Shown piece by piece: positions 9,543 to 21,800 of a stretch of 64,000 nucleotides of DNA (the stretch's first letter is position 1; every line of letters starts with the position of its first letter). The DNA comes from an uncultured virus (IMG/VR IMGVR_UViG_2663762966_000001) (lineage: Duplodnaviria; Heunggongvirae; Uroviricota; Caudoviricetes). The DNA lies in IMG/VR virus record IMGVR_UViG_2663762966_000001, positions 1 to 64,000 of that record. One strand, given 5' to 3'. A program made the position numbers and the translations under genes. Below the pieces are notes generated by a model. It saw only the letters and a list, made by a program, of their open reading frames with translations. It did not search any database and was not told the origin of the DNA.

Positions 9543-11077
9543 TATTCTTCATCCTCTGGAAATTTACGGCTCTTAGCAATACTTTCAGCTAATGTTAATG
9601 CTTCCTCATATTTCATACCTGTATCGCGCTCAAGAATGTACGCCATAATATCTACATCTAAATTTGATTCTTTCAATGATGCGATTACTTGTGTTTTAAG
9701 TAATGTTGTATTCATTCTTGATTGAGCATTGTTGATTTCTTCTGTAGCTGCTGCAGTTTGGTTTGAATAATATTCAACTTGCCAAGGGTAATCTTCAGGC
9801 TCAAATTGTTCGTTATAAGCAAAACCCCAATCCAAGTGAAGAATTTGATTAATCCCTTCGGAAGCTGCTGTTCGAATGTCTTGTGACCTACGCATGATTT
9901 GTGCAGAAGTATGGAATGCTCCACCTTCTCCAATACCACCAGTTAACATGTCAGCCCACCCTACCATACTTGGGTCTAGACCTATACCGCCCATTAACAA
10001 ACGGACATTAATCATGAACTGTTCAATATTAATAGGTGAGCTTCGTTGATTCTTGATATCACCTACTGGATTTAGAACTTGTTTTTCATCAAATACCGGA
10101 AGCATGTGAAAAGCAGTATTCCAGACTGCTTCACCACCTGATAAAGCATCACGGACATAAGCCTCATGATTTTTCAGTAAACCTTCTAAACCACGGATAT
10201 AGGCTTGACGTTGGGCTGGCGGCATTCCTGACATATTTACTGTCAAGAACATCTGATTTACGGTATCTGCGATTTGCTGGCTATTCATAGATGCCAAAGC
10301 GAGGATTACATCATCATAAATATCTTCAATCTCATAAAGAAATGAGCCGCCTAAATGCGCGGGTAAGATTGGTAGCTCATCTGGATCATCACCCTCCAAC
10401 ATTTTCGTGACAAGACCAGTTTCAACAAGCTCATATTGAGCAATATTGCTCATACGGGGCATTTTGAAACGTACCATTTGAATAGTATTCAGTTTGGTAA
10501 TAGTTTTTTGCCAATTGCGAGGATCTAAACAAAAAAAGGCGACAGTCTTACTGCCTTGTTCGAAAGGCTGTATTAATGGCGGATATGTATACTCATTACA
10601 TACGAGGTCAATTACACCTTTATCTTTTTTCCCATAAATACGTGCATAGGAATCACCGAAAGAAATAGCATCTCGGGCAAGTTTGCTTAAATACTTATTG
10701 ATAAGCTTTTCCATTTTTACACGGCGCTCATCCAGTTGTTTTTTTAGTTTTTCAGCTGCTGGTCCACTGGCCTTTTTCAAACGTTCTGCTGGAGTAATAA
10801 ATACTTGTTGACCGCTATAAGAATCTCCGCCTAAGGCTGCAGAAACATGTATACCCATACCCTCTGCAATAGGTGCAAAGCGTAACATTCTCTCCCATTT
10901 AGTAAGAATTTCTTTCCGAGTACGCTTCTTATTGGCTTTGGTTTGGTTAGTCCCAAGTGAAAACGGAGCCATAGTTTCATATAGCTGTGCTGTTGCATCC
11001 TGATTAGACGTATCGAATTGCTGATCATATGAATTAACATTTTCACCGAGTAACAACGATAAGAACCGAGAAGACAT
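9542..11077 (-). CDS. Portal protein (P1 Prt-like)
   Basis: 511 aa; resemblance to P1-type portals (A.FGDSYARIY, GG.G.DPSM.G.AD.L.GG.GEGG); context. Confidence 0.7.
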   Translation of the reverse strand: MSSRFLSLLLGENVNSYDQQFDTSNQDATAQLYETMAPFSLGTNQTKANKKRTRKEILTKWERMLRFAPIAEGMGIHVSAALGGDSYSGQQVFITPAERLKKASGPAAEKLKKQLDERRVKMEKLINKYLSKLARDAISFGDSYARIYGKKDKGVIDLVCNEYTYPPLIQPFEQGSKTVAFFCLDPRNWQKTITKLNTIQMVRFKMPRMSNIAQYELVETGLVTKMLEGDDPDELPILPAHLGGSFLYEIEDIYDDVILALASMNSQQIADTVNQMFLTVNMSGMPPAQRQAYIRGLEGLLKNHEAYVRDALSGGEAVWNTAFHMLPVFDEKQVLNPVGDIKNQRSSPINIEQFMINVRLLMGGIGLDPSMVGWADMLTGGIGEGGAFHTSAQIMRRSQDIRTAASEGINQILHLDWGFAYNEQFEPEDYPWQVEYYSNQTAAATEEINNAQSRMNTTLLKTQVIASLKESNLDVDIMAYILERDTGMKYEEALTLAESIAKSRKFPEDEE

Positions 11078-11236
11078 AACGAAGCCAAAATACCTAAATA
11101 ATTATGTATTTTGAAGGCTGCTATTTTTTTACTTTTAGATGGGTTCCAAAGTGAATTGGAACCAAACAGATTTAATAAATATCCAGCATGCAATTCTATC
11201 TGAACAAACTTATTTTACTGTTCAGAGGATTCGCTC

Positions 11237-11431
11237 ATGGCTGATGTAAAAGTCTTCACTGATTTAGATATTGAATTAGCTCAAAAGACAAAAGATATTG
11301 TAAATAGTCAACGATATAATAATCGTCCTGCTTTCAAAACATTAAACCTAGGCTGGGATTTGGAGACTGGTTCCGTTGCGGTTAATTACACATTAGTAGA
11401 AGAAGTTCCTGTAACTGAGCAACCAGCTTAA
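11237..11431 (+). CDS. Small hypothetical late protein
   Basis: 64 aa, RBS GAGG, own TGGAAC promoter (11157-11162), terminator at 11437-11467. Confidence 0.65.
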   Translation: MADVKVFTDLDIELAQKTKDIVNSQRYNNRPAFKTLNLGWDLETGSVAVNYTLVEEVPVTEQPA

Positions 11432-11522
11432 ATTTTAAAAAAGCGTTCATTAAGAACGCTTTTTTTTATTCATTAAATTTCAGTATTGTTTTTGTGATTT
11501 TATTTTTGGTAAAATTATTCCC

Positions 11523-11795
11523 ATGAAATACTTGATAATATTGTTTGTTTTCTTAAGTGGCTGCTCTACATTTATTGAGCATAATAGAGTTATTCCATTT
11601 CCTGAACGAACTATTTCACATATTGAAATTAGAAAACTAAATGGAGGTAATCCCAAAATACTAGCTTATGCGGATATTACTGGTGATACTTGTGTCATAT
11701 ATTTAAGAAAATACCCTCAATGCTTAGCACATGAAATAAGACATTGCTATGAAGGTAATTGGCATGAAGGGCGTGAAAGTCAAGAATGGTGCTAA
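11523..11795 (+). CDS. Small lipoprotein with HExxH motif; candidate receptor-blocking/superinfection-exclusion protein
   Basis: Signal peptide and lipobox LSGC; CLAHEIRHC; converges on the tail-tip genes. Confidence 0.6.
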   Translation: MKYLIILFVFLSGCSTFIEHNRVIPFPERTISHIEIRKLNGGNPKILAYADITGDTCVIYLRKYPQCLAHEIRHCYEGNWHEGRESQEWC

Positions 11796-12484
11796 GGAAT
11801 ATAGGCTACATATAAATAATAAGGTAATTTTAAAGTATCCCCCCAAACTCCGGAACCTCCAGACTGGTGGTAATACCCCACATACACGGTATTACCCACC
11901 CTTTTAGTGGCGATACCTGTTACTCCAGCTAAACCATATTCTCCATATGAAACTGATCCAACCATCGTACAACTTAAATAAAGTTTATTAACATCTTTTC
12001 CATATTTTGTTAAATCTATAATTATCTGATTTTGATTCTTTAAGTTTATTTTTTCTAAAATTATTGGACAGTTTAATAAAGCCCCAACTGACCATAACAA
12101 ATTCCCATTAGGATCATAAATACTCAAATACTGATCAGTTGAAGTTGGGTAGTCATCTTTCATATAAGCAATATTGAACTGATTTGAACCACATACTGCA
12201 AATGATCCTTCACCTAATGAATATACTTTGCTCCCATCTTTAGGCATAAACCAAGCTTCGGAATCAAAATTTAATTTTTGAGTACGAGATATAAAATTAG
12301 TATCTTCATAGTTATTTCCTCTTAATGTTTGAGGATCATATGCACCACCAAAATTGTCCCAAACTTCATAACCGGAAGTACCATAACCACCTGCTAACTC
12401 TTTAAGACCAATAGTTAACACCATTGTATTATTACCTAAAAGAAGTTGTTGATTTTGATCATAAATTTCAATAACAACACTCAT
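11792..12484 (-). CDS. Tail-tip accessory / receptor-binding-associated protein
   Basis: Downstream of a J-like C-terminus; IEIYDQNQQLL and LSIYDPNGNLLW motifs; AT-rich. Confidence 0.55.
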   Translation of the reverse strand: MSVVIEIYDQNQQLLLGNNTMVLTIGLKELAGGYGTSGYEVWDNFGGAYDPQTLRGNNYEDTNFISRTQKLNFDSEAWFMPKDGSKVYSLGEGSFAVCGSNQFNIAYMKDDYPTSTDQYLSIYDPNGNLLWSVGALLNCPIILEKINLKNQNQIIIDLTKYGKDVNKLYLSCTMVGSVSYGEYGLAGVTGIATKRVGNTVYVGYYHQSGGSGVWGDTLKLPYYLYVAYIP

Positions 12485-12814
12485 TTAGCACCTATAAACT
12501 TTAACTACAAAATCAATTGAAGTTGCGCTTGATGGATTTGACAAATTAATTTTAAGTTTCCCAGTCACCTCATCAATCCAACAAGATTCAACCGAATAAT
12601 ATGTATGAGAAATTACTTTAAAAAAATAATCTCTCATGTTTGCATTAGTTATATCTGATATAGAAGTCTCATATGCAAAGTTGCTTCCACTGACTTTAGT
12701 AAATGATCTAGTAGATATTTTGATTCTTGAGATTACAGTGTGAACCGTTGAATCGAATACAAGCTCGCCGTTAATATTATAAACTTGTAATCCCGCAGTC
12801 ATATGTAACTCCAT
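12485..12814 (-). CDS. Tail-tip accessory protein
   Basis: GLQVYNINGELVFDS motif typical of small genes following J-like fibres. Confidence 0.55.
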   Translation of the reverse strand: MELHMTAGLQVYNINGELVFDSTVHTVISRIKISTRSFTKVSGSNFAYETSISDITNANMRDYFFKVISHTYYSVESCWIDEVTGKLKINLSNPSSATSIDFVVKVYRC

Positions 12815-12841
12815 ATAACGAAAGTTTTTGGAATACTTTCA

Positions 12842-15800
12842 TTACTTAATACCAATCCTCATTGCTAGATTTCCATTTGGGTAGAAAATCTGTGTAGATC
12901 CACCAGAAATAATTTGTTTACTTCCATCTGGAGCGACTGAAATAAATGTTCCGAAATTACCAGTGATGGAACTCAAACTATCAACATTTAATACTTCAGC
13001 AGTTAGTGATTTTGCTTTAAAGTTTGCAGCTGTTAGATTCTTAATAAAAACATCACTATTCATAATGACTTGATTGTCTTGGACTATGAACGGCATGTAT
13101 TTAGTAGAAGAAGAACCTGTTGTGAAGAAAATTCTATCAGCTTGGAAACCTATAGAAGTTTGGACAGTTCCATTATTTTGTTCACTTACCATGGATAAAC
13201 CAGAGAAAACACCGTTGTTATCCATTCCCATTACGTATTTACCTTTCATCCCGTTGATCAAATCAACTTGAGACTTAAGATTAATTGCATTTGGCCCATA
13301 TACTGAAGTGAGAGTTTGAAGTGAACCAGCGTAAGCTCCTACATCCGTGGTATATGTAGTTTTAAAACTCTCAAATTCAGCAATATTGTCTGCATCTTCA
13401 ATATCAATGTAATCTAGATCTACTTCGCCTGCTTGAGCTGCATAATTGCCGATAAAAACAGGAGTAAAGAAAGCTGCTTTATTTGCGAATGTTTTTGGAT
13501 TAGTAAGTGTTCCAGCACCACTACTTGCACCAGCAGACCTACCCTTGAAATACGCAACACCAGTAACCCAAGAACCCAATGCAGGTGCAGCGCCTCCAAC
13601 CACATAATGACTTGAGCCAATATCTCCATTTATGTAATTCGCATCTGTAATAAATGCAGATTTTGCGGCATTAAAACAGGTGGCCCCCACATAAACGACA
13701 CCAGCACCTGACACCCTTCTGTAGCGGTATTTAATCCGGTACATCTTATTATCATCAATTGGTAAGGTAGAGAACCAGTTTAGCCAGATTTCATCGTTGC
13801 CAGAATTATCTCCCATTCGTAATGCATAACCACCACGACAAGTTTGATCTTCAATTAAACGCATACCTATTCTTGAGCCGCTAGGCGTTCTAATAATCCA
13901 ATCTTTCTCAAAAGTTTGCAAAGCAGACGCCATAATGGTTTGGCTATTTGCTGAATAGAGGGCTGATAATCGTTCATTGGATGAAGCAACTGCCTCATTC
14001 AATTTTGAAGAAGTCACATAATCTCTTTGTATGTCAGCAACTGTTCTAGATGCTGCAGCAGCTGTGTCTTGAGCTTTTACAATTTCTGCAAAAATTGGTA
14101 CTGGTACAAGTGACGAATTATATTGAATTGGTTCAATAGATTGTCCCAAAGCTGTGAAAGACTCAGTTTTAATAAGTGGTGTAATCGTTTTATAGTGTGA
14201 AATATCATATCTCGCCCCACCCCGTAAAAAGACAGTTTCAATTGAAGAGTTAGGCATTTGCTTAATATTTATTAAAGGTGATTGTGCAGTCCAGCTAAAA
14301 GAGAACTTATCAATAATTCTATTTTCTGCTTGAGTACCCCATCCATTGGCGGTAACACTCCATTCACAATTAAGACCGAAAGAGCGTGTACCATGTGTAG
14401 CCCAAGGCACATTACTATTATTTTGGCCGCCTAAAGTACAAAATACTTTAAAATCATACTTTTGCTTACCGGTAGCCAACTGAAAGATAACAGGATAGTA
14501 AATATCTGGATTCAAACCTGATAAGTCAACATTCGTTAAAATATTTTCTTTTAAGCTTTCAGTATTTTTCTGTAATGGATCAATATATTCCGACTTTAAC
14601 TGATTTGACGATGCAGCAATTGCTCTTTCAATATTTGTATTTGTGAGGTCAGAATTAAGAATATATGCACTATTAGTTCTATCCAATTTAGAAGACATTT
14701 CAGTAAGCTTACTTGCCCATGTCTCCTTAAAATTAGTTAATGTCCCTAATGACTCGTTAGCTGTGGAAACGAAATCTTGTAAATTAGGATCTGCAGATGC
14801 ATAGTCAGTTACGTCATAACATTCAATTTGAGCTAAAGTCCAGATTAGAGGGCTTTCAGGTGTTGGGGCTGGTCCACCCGCTACATGTACGAATCCAGAA
14901 GTATCGAATCTTCCGGTGGCACCGGATTTAACCATACGAACATAAACTTCAAATCTCCCCGTCCCGTCAGTGCTACCAATGAATTTATCTACTGATCCAT
15001 CGCCCATTAAATTTGCTGCAGGATATAACTTGTAGCCGATAGGTAATTTAATCAGGTATTTAATGATAAAAATAGCATTTGAACGTGTGAAAAACTGTTG
15101 ATGAAAACCGCCGAAATTCGGGCTTGCTGAACCAGTTGTAACGATTCTAAGTTCATGAGTTGAAGTTGTCGGATTGTCAGCACTTTTAGCTTCACGAGTA
15201 ACACTAACTGTACCATTGCCTAGATTGTTATAAGTGCCGACGTTGTTCATTCCTTTCTTGAAATTTACATCACCGTAAAGCAACTTACCGTTAGTAATCA
15301 TCATTGCAAGCTTAGTTGTATTTTCTAATGCTGAACCCAGATTGTCGGTGCTTGTTTGGAGCTGAGTAATATCATTATTACGAAGATTAATTAAATCTTT
15401 TGATGTTTGATCCGCTGCTGCTTTAGTAGTTTTTAATACCGTTGAAAGTCCACCTGGCACTGAAGCATCATATTGCTGAATTTGTTGTGCAATAACACCT
15501 TTGTTAACATCAGCATTGATAAATGTATCTTCCACAAATTTCGCATTTTGTTTAAGAGTAGTTTTAAAGCCTCCTTTGAAATTAGGAGCAGAATTTCCTC
15601 GGCTAATGAAAATATTCGAAACTGAAAATGTGCCCGCTGAAGGAGCATTATCAAATCGTAAACCCAGAGGAACAAATTCAAAATTCGTAGCTTTTACATC
15701 ACTTGGAAAAATCCCCGTTAATTCTAATTCTCCACTTGCTTGAACAGTAAATAATGGTAAACCAAGCCCATATACCGCGCCGTGAAATTGGATGGTACAA

Positions 15801-18800
15801 ACTGCACCAATTAGACCTGCCGAAGCATTATATTTGATTCGTATAACTACAGGATCACCTTTAGCGATTGGTAGTTCTTTAATTTTATATTGTAGTTCCC
15901 AGACTGGAAAAGTTTGATTTGTGCCTGTTGAAACATTTAATGTTTTGGTTTCATCTCCTAATAAAATCCAATTGTCTTCTGCGTATTGAATAGTATCCAG
16001 TTTTGCTGAAAAGGATTTTATTTCTTCTGCAAATACTTCTTTTGCATCAGATCGAGTAATTTTTTGTTGAAGAATTTGAGCATGATTTTCTAAAACTTTT
16101 TGCAAGTTTCCACTGTTATTTGCCAAACCTAGAGGAATGCCACTAACGACCTGAACAGCAACCATTATCTGTTTTGCACCATTCAGACCAGAATCAGGAG
16201 TTGCATGGAGCTCAATACCTCTTCCAGCCCCAATTCCTTTCTGACCAATTAGGATATATGCATCCCTTCCCGTAATCTGATCAAGAGTAAATTGATTTGC
16301 ACCTAATGAAAGTAACGCAGCTTTAACTGTGTTTAAATTCATAGCAATGTAATCATAATTTGTGATTATCACAAAAGTATCTTTAGGTATTTCATTAATA
16401 GCATTACTCATGGCAACGGCGTTTGCAGGGTCACCATATGTGTCATATCGAGTTGAAGTTGCAATCGAGCCATCTGCTGCTAAAACATGCACAGAAAAGC
16501 CGCGGTTAGAAGCTACAGATATAGTCTCACCTTTTAAGTTCTTGATTCCAGTAAAATCATTATTCCAGCCTGAAGAATAAACTCTGTAATTAAAGACTTG
16601 TCCTAGATCTTGATTTAACTGCTTGTAATTAGAATCTAAGCTATTAATTGATTGGGTTATATTTTGTTGATTATCACTAATTGTAGAGTTTATTTCCTGA
16701 AACTTCCCATCAACTGTTAATTTATTCGTATCAACAGTTGATTTAAGAGTTGTATAATTTTCAGTTAGTACTTGGATCTTTTCTAAATTTTTCTGAACAT
16801 CTGTTTTAGTACCTATAATTGCTAATGAGTTAGCTTCTAAACCTTTCTCAATTTCACGAGGATTTTTTCTAAATCCTGTTGCTAACTCGCCTTTCTCTAA
16901 TTGAACTTCACGAATTAAGAAATCAGGAGCATACCCTACTTGAGCACATAGGATAATATTAATATATTGTAAGTTATTGATATTTGTGTCAAAATTATAA
17001 GTACATAATACTTCTTTATCTGTTGCAATATTCCATTCATTAACAACCTGGTTATTACCGGTACCATCATATCTATGGATGATTAAAAGCAAAGTTTTTT
17101 GTGCTGCAGTTAGAGCTTTGGCTTTAAGTGACAACGTATAGGTTTGATTTATTTCTAAACCATCAGCTATCGTAATTGACTCTATAAAACCTTTAAAATA
17201 AGTAGACGAATTCGTAGAGCGGAATCTCCCCCAGTTTGCGCCATAAGCATCCTTAAAAACTTCTAGAACATTACCTTCAACAACAGCATTCTGACGCCAG
17301 TTAGAGATTGAAAAAGGCGCATAGAAATCACCATTCTTGATTAAATTGTCTCCACCACTAGACGAGATTGTTGCTTTTAGAATTTTACTTTCTTCAGCAA
17401 TAGCTTTATTTGTTTCTGCTTTTGTATAACGGGTGCTATCCAGTGTTGCTGAACTATCTGTCCATAAATTTCCGAACTTCTGCTTAAATTTTGCTTCCAA
17501 TGCATCTGTAGCTGTGGCAACAGCTTTATTTGTGTCAGCAGTAGTCGAATAATTTTGTAGTTGTGTAGCGCGAACAAGAGATGTGTCTACATCTTTGTCT
17601 GTTAAAACGCTATTTACCCGATAAGCTTGTAACTCCCACCAACCGCCACTGCCATTGTGTCCAAGTGCAAAACCTAACTTCATTTGTGGATGAGTATTAA
17701 AAGTTACAACCTGTTCGATATATACCCATTCTTCGTTTGCTGGAATTCTATTTAAAGCAATCACAGATGCAGTGATTGTAGCATTTGAAAAACTACCATC
17801 AGCTTTGCCATACATAGCCGTAATGCTGCAATCACCTGTAGAATCTGCACTTCGGCGGACCCAAAAGCTAACTTTATATGAACGATTTGTCGGTAAAGCT
17901 TTACGGCTATATATCCAACATCCTGCTTGATTCGAAGAATCTTTTCTAAAGACAGTATTGCCAACTTTACCTGTATTAGTTGTTTTAAAGTGGATTTTCA
18001 AATCATAACTATAGTAATTAATCCAATCTTCAGGGTTTTTTAAATTAAAATCTGGCAGTAATGAGTCACTATCATTAGCAGATTCAATAGATGCTTTAAC
18101 ATTTTTAATTTGAGCATTAAGCTGATTAGTTTGATTTGCTGTAGCTTCGTCTAACTTTGCTGTGGTTGCATAGTTCTGCAGTGCTTTTGCGGTGTTATCG
18201 ATATTTTTTTCAGCATTTGAAAGTCCAGTTTCAAGACTTGATGTTCTCTTTGTTAGTGCCTCCTTTTCAGTCACATATGTTTGTTTGAAATCATTAAAGT
18301 TTGCATTAACTTGGTCTACTGCAGCGTTGTAGTCATAAGCACTGGGGATCCACGATTCAGTAGTGATTAAGTCACCCCTGACAAGCACTGCCCAATAAAC
18401 CGTTCCGACTGAACCTTGAGCAGCAGTAGGACTGTTAATCATGTAAAAATTTAAAGCACGTTTTTCAATAACTTGATTATTTTTAACAAAGGTTATTTTA
18501 TTAATAACTTTGCCATTTGTATTAACAACGGATTGTAAGGCTTGCTGACCTCCCCCAGCATAAACTGCCAAATTAGAGTTTGTATCCGCACCATTTCTTT
18601 GATGTTCGGCACACCACATTAAAGTGTATTTTGCGCCTACCTCCCAATCCTCGCCTAGCTTATATGAAAGATGAGGATATGAAGTTCCGTTATATTTACC
18701 CACAACATTTGACTGGATAAGCAAATTCGAACCAGCAGCTGCGGCTCTACTCAAACTTGCAGAGAGTGCTGTTGCTTGCTCTGTAACTGCTTTAATCTGT

Positions 18801-21800
18801 CCAGCTTGTTCTGTTACATCTGATTTCGTTGCTTCCAATGCTTCTGATGAAGCCTTTTTATTTACTTCATTATTAGTTAAATTTAGATCATTTCTAAGCT
18901 TAGAAATATCTAAACTTTGAGAAGACAATGTTTCGCCGTGCTTCTTAACTTCCGCTTGAGTGATCTTAATCGCTTCTGCATTAGCATTTAATGAGCTTTG
19001 CGTATCCCGAGGGCTTGGGCTCCATGCTGTAGGTTTATTGCCGGCTTCGATCTGTAATTTTTGAATTGTTGGAATTCGGCCTGAGCCATATGTACCGTAA
19101 AACTCAATTGTAGATTCAGTTGAACTGCCAGTGTTAAATTTAGGAAAAACCGTCACTGCAAATTTTTGAAATTCATTTGCTTTAGTTACTGTAACTGAAG
19201 TTGTGAAAAAGTGGGCAGAACCATTAGATGAGTAAACCTGAACCGAACCGGCAACAGGTACACTCACTTCAAATGAAATGGTAACCGGCTTATCTAAGTT
19301 TTCGTCATAAAAAACTTTTAACTCTTTGCTTCGTTCATACATTAAGTATTCACGACTTGTTGTAGCTGTCGATGTTCTAGGAGCTTCTGAATTAGCAACA
19401 GCATTAACACCACCGATTTTTAAATTATCTACAGCAGCTGTTATATCAGTCGATACACGGCCCATTGCACTTTCGAGATCACTCTTTGTAGCTGTTTTCA
19501 ATAAAGCTTGAGCATTGCTCTGAATACCTGTTTCTGCATTCTGCATTCTTGTTTCAAGCTTACTGGTCCTTTCAGCTTCAGCTTCTGTTCTGTTAGTTGC
19601 TGTTTTGAATAAATCATTTGCTGTTGCAGTTGCATCATTAGCTGAAGCTAATGAGTTGTTATCTTCAACAATAATGTAATTAAGCTGACAAATTCCTGTC
19701 TGGAAGTTGTAGTTTGCAATAAAGATTGGGGCATAAAATTCAGCTTGCGCGGGGAAAGTACGCGGATTATCAATTGTCCCTAAGCCAGTTGCTGCCCCAG
19801 TAGACTTACCCTTCATGTATAGAACTACTTCTTGCCACTCACCTAAATTAGGTTTAATGGCCGACAATAAGTAGTTAGAAGAACCCATATCTTCTGCAAG
19901 GGTGTTTGTAGTCGTTACGTATTTACTTTGGTCTGCATTTTTACATGCAACACCAAGATAAATAGATCCATTTTCACCGAGTACACGGCGGAAACGTGCA
20001 CGAACCCGATAAAGTGTATCTGGGTTAATCTTTACAAACTCATTCCAATGAACCCATGTTTCATCATTATCAGCATTATTCCCAAGCTCAAGAATATAAC
20101 CACCTAGTGCATCAGAATCTTGAATTACTTTCGCTTCTGCAGTGGTACGCCAACGTGTCCAGTCATCAATACCTTTTGTTGTGACGACTGCACGTACCCC
20201 AGAAGTTACTTGAGTTTGAGATTTTAGACTTAATAAATTTTGAGAAAGGGCTTCGGTAGCTTTTACCGCCGTTGTTCCTGTTTGCTGCGCTTCTGCTGCA
20301 TTATCAAAAGCCAGTTTTGCAAGATCATCAGTAGTTTTAAGTGATGATGAAAGGCCATTTATGCTTGTATTTGTATTACTTTCTAAGGTCGAAACACTTT
20401 TTTGAACATCAGTAATTTGCCCTTGTACCTTTAAGTTTTCTTTAGAGATACTTGTATCAAGTTCACTAAATTTTGAAGCAGTAGACTGTTCCAACTCGGT
20501 AAGTGACTCAGTAACTTCTAAAATATTTGCATTAGATTTCCGATCAGCTTCTTCCAAAGCTGCTTTCGTTTGGTCGATACGTAAAGATAAGGCTTTATCA
20601 CCATCAGAAACTGATTGAGTAATTGTTGCTATATCCGACTCTGTTTTAGTTTTATTCGAATTAAAGTCAGTTTTTAGATCTTCAAGTTTTTTTGCTTCTG
20701 AAACAACCTTCTCATCAACAAGTTTCACTGAAGATTCTACTTTTTCGATGTTTGCGGCATTACCTTCTATTTGTTCTTGTGAGTTTTTAAGAGTAGATTC
20801 AATTTGTGAGGTTTTCTCAGCAATAGATTGATTCAAATCACTTACAGTACGTTCGACTTTGTTAATAGCAGTTTTGTTGTCACCAATTTGTGATTGTGCG
20901 GTGCTAATTTGCTCAGTAAACGCTTTATCTTGAGCTGCTAGAGTTTTTATATCTTCTGAAATTAGAGCGTTTGACTTACCGAATTCGTTTTGCATTTCAG
21001 CAAACTTAAGCTCAAAACTTTGAGTTAAAGCCTCTTTATCATTTGCACGTGCTTCAGCTTCAGCTAGAAAACCAGAATCAACTTTCTTATCAAGATCAAT
21101 ATACTGAGCTGCAATTTGATCTACTTTTTTAACTGCAGCTTCAGTTTGGGTTACAACCGGTTCAATTTTTTGATTAATGAGTGTATTAGTTTCTTCACCT
21201 AATGCTAATTTAGCGTCATCAATCATTTGACCAGCTTTAACTAAGTTTTGATCAATGTCTTGTTTTAAGGCGGCCTTAGTTTGATCAATAACATTTAGTG
21301 TGTCAGCTGCTTGTTTTTTACGGTCCAGAACTTCTTGATCCGCAATTTTTTTTGCGTTTTCTGCGACTAACCGAATTTCATTTGAATCACTTCTTACATC
21401 AGCAATGATTGAATCTGTTTCACTTTTAATAAAACCGATTTTATCATCGAGTTCTTTCTCAGCACGAATTGCACGTTGTTGAGCATCAGCAACCAATGCT
21501 TCATTAGCTTGAATAGACTGATCGATACGTTGATTGGCTTCATCCAATCGTAGATTAGCCTCATTATTATGTTGATCTACAATTAATTTAGTATTATTTA
21601 TTTCTTGATCTATATAAGCACGAACTTCATCGACTTTATTTTGAGCGATCTGATTAACTTCTTTAACTTGTTCATGAATCTTTTGAACTTCCTCATCAAA
21701 ATGTTTCATTCCTTCTTCAAGCAATTTAAAAGCATCAGAATCTTTAATATTTTCTATTAATTCTTCTACTTCCTTTATTTTTTCATCAATCTCTTGGCTT

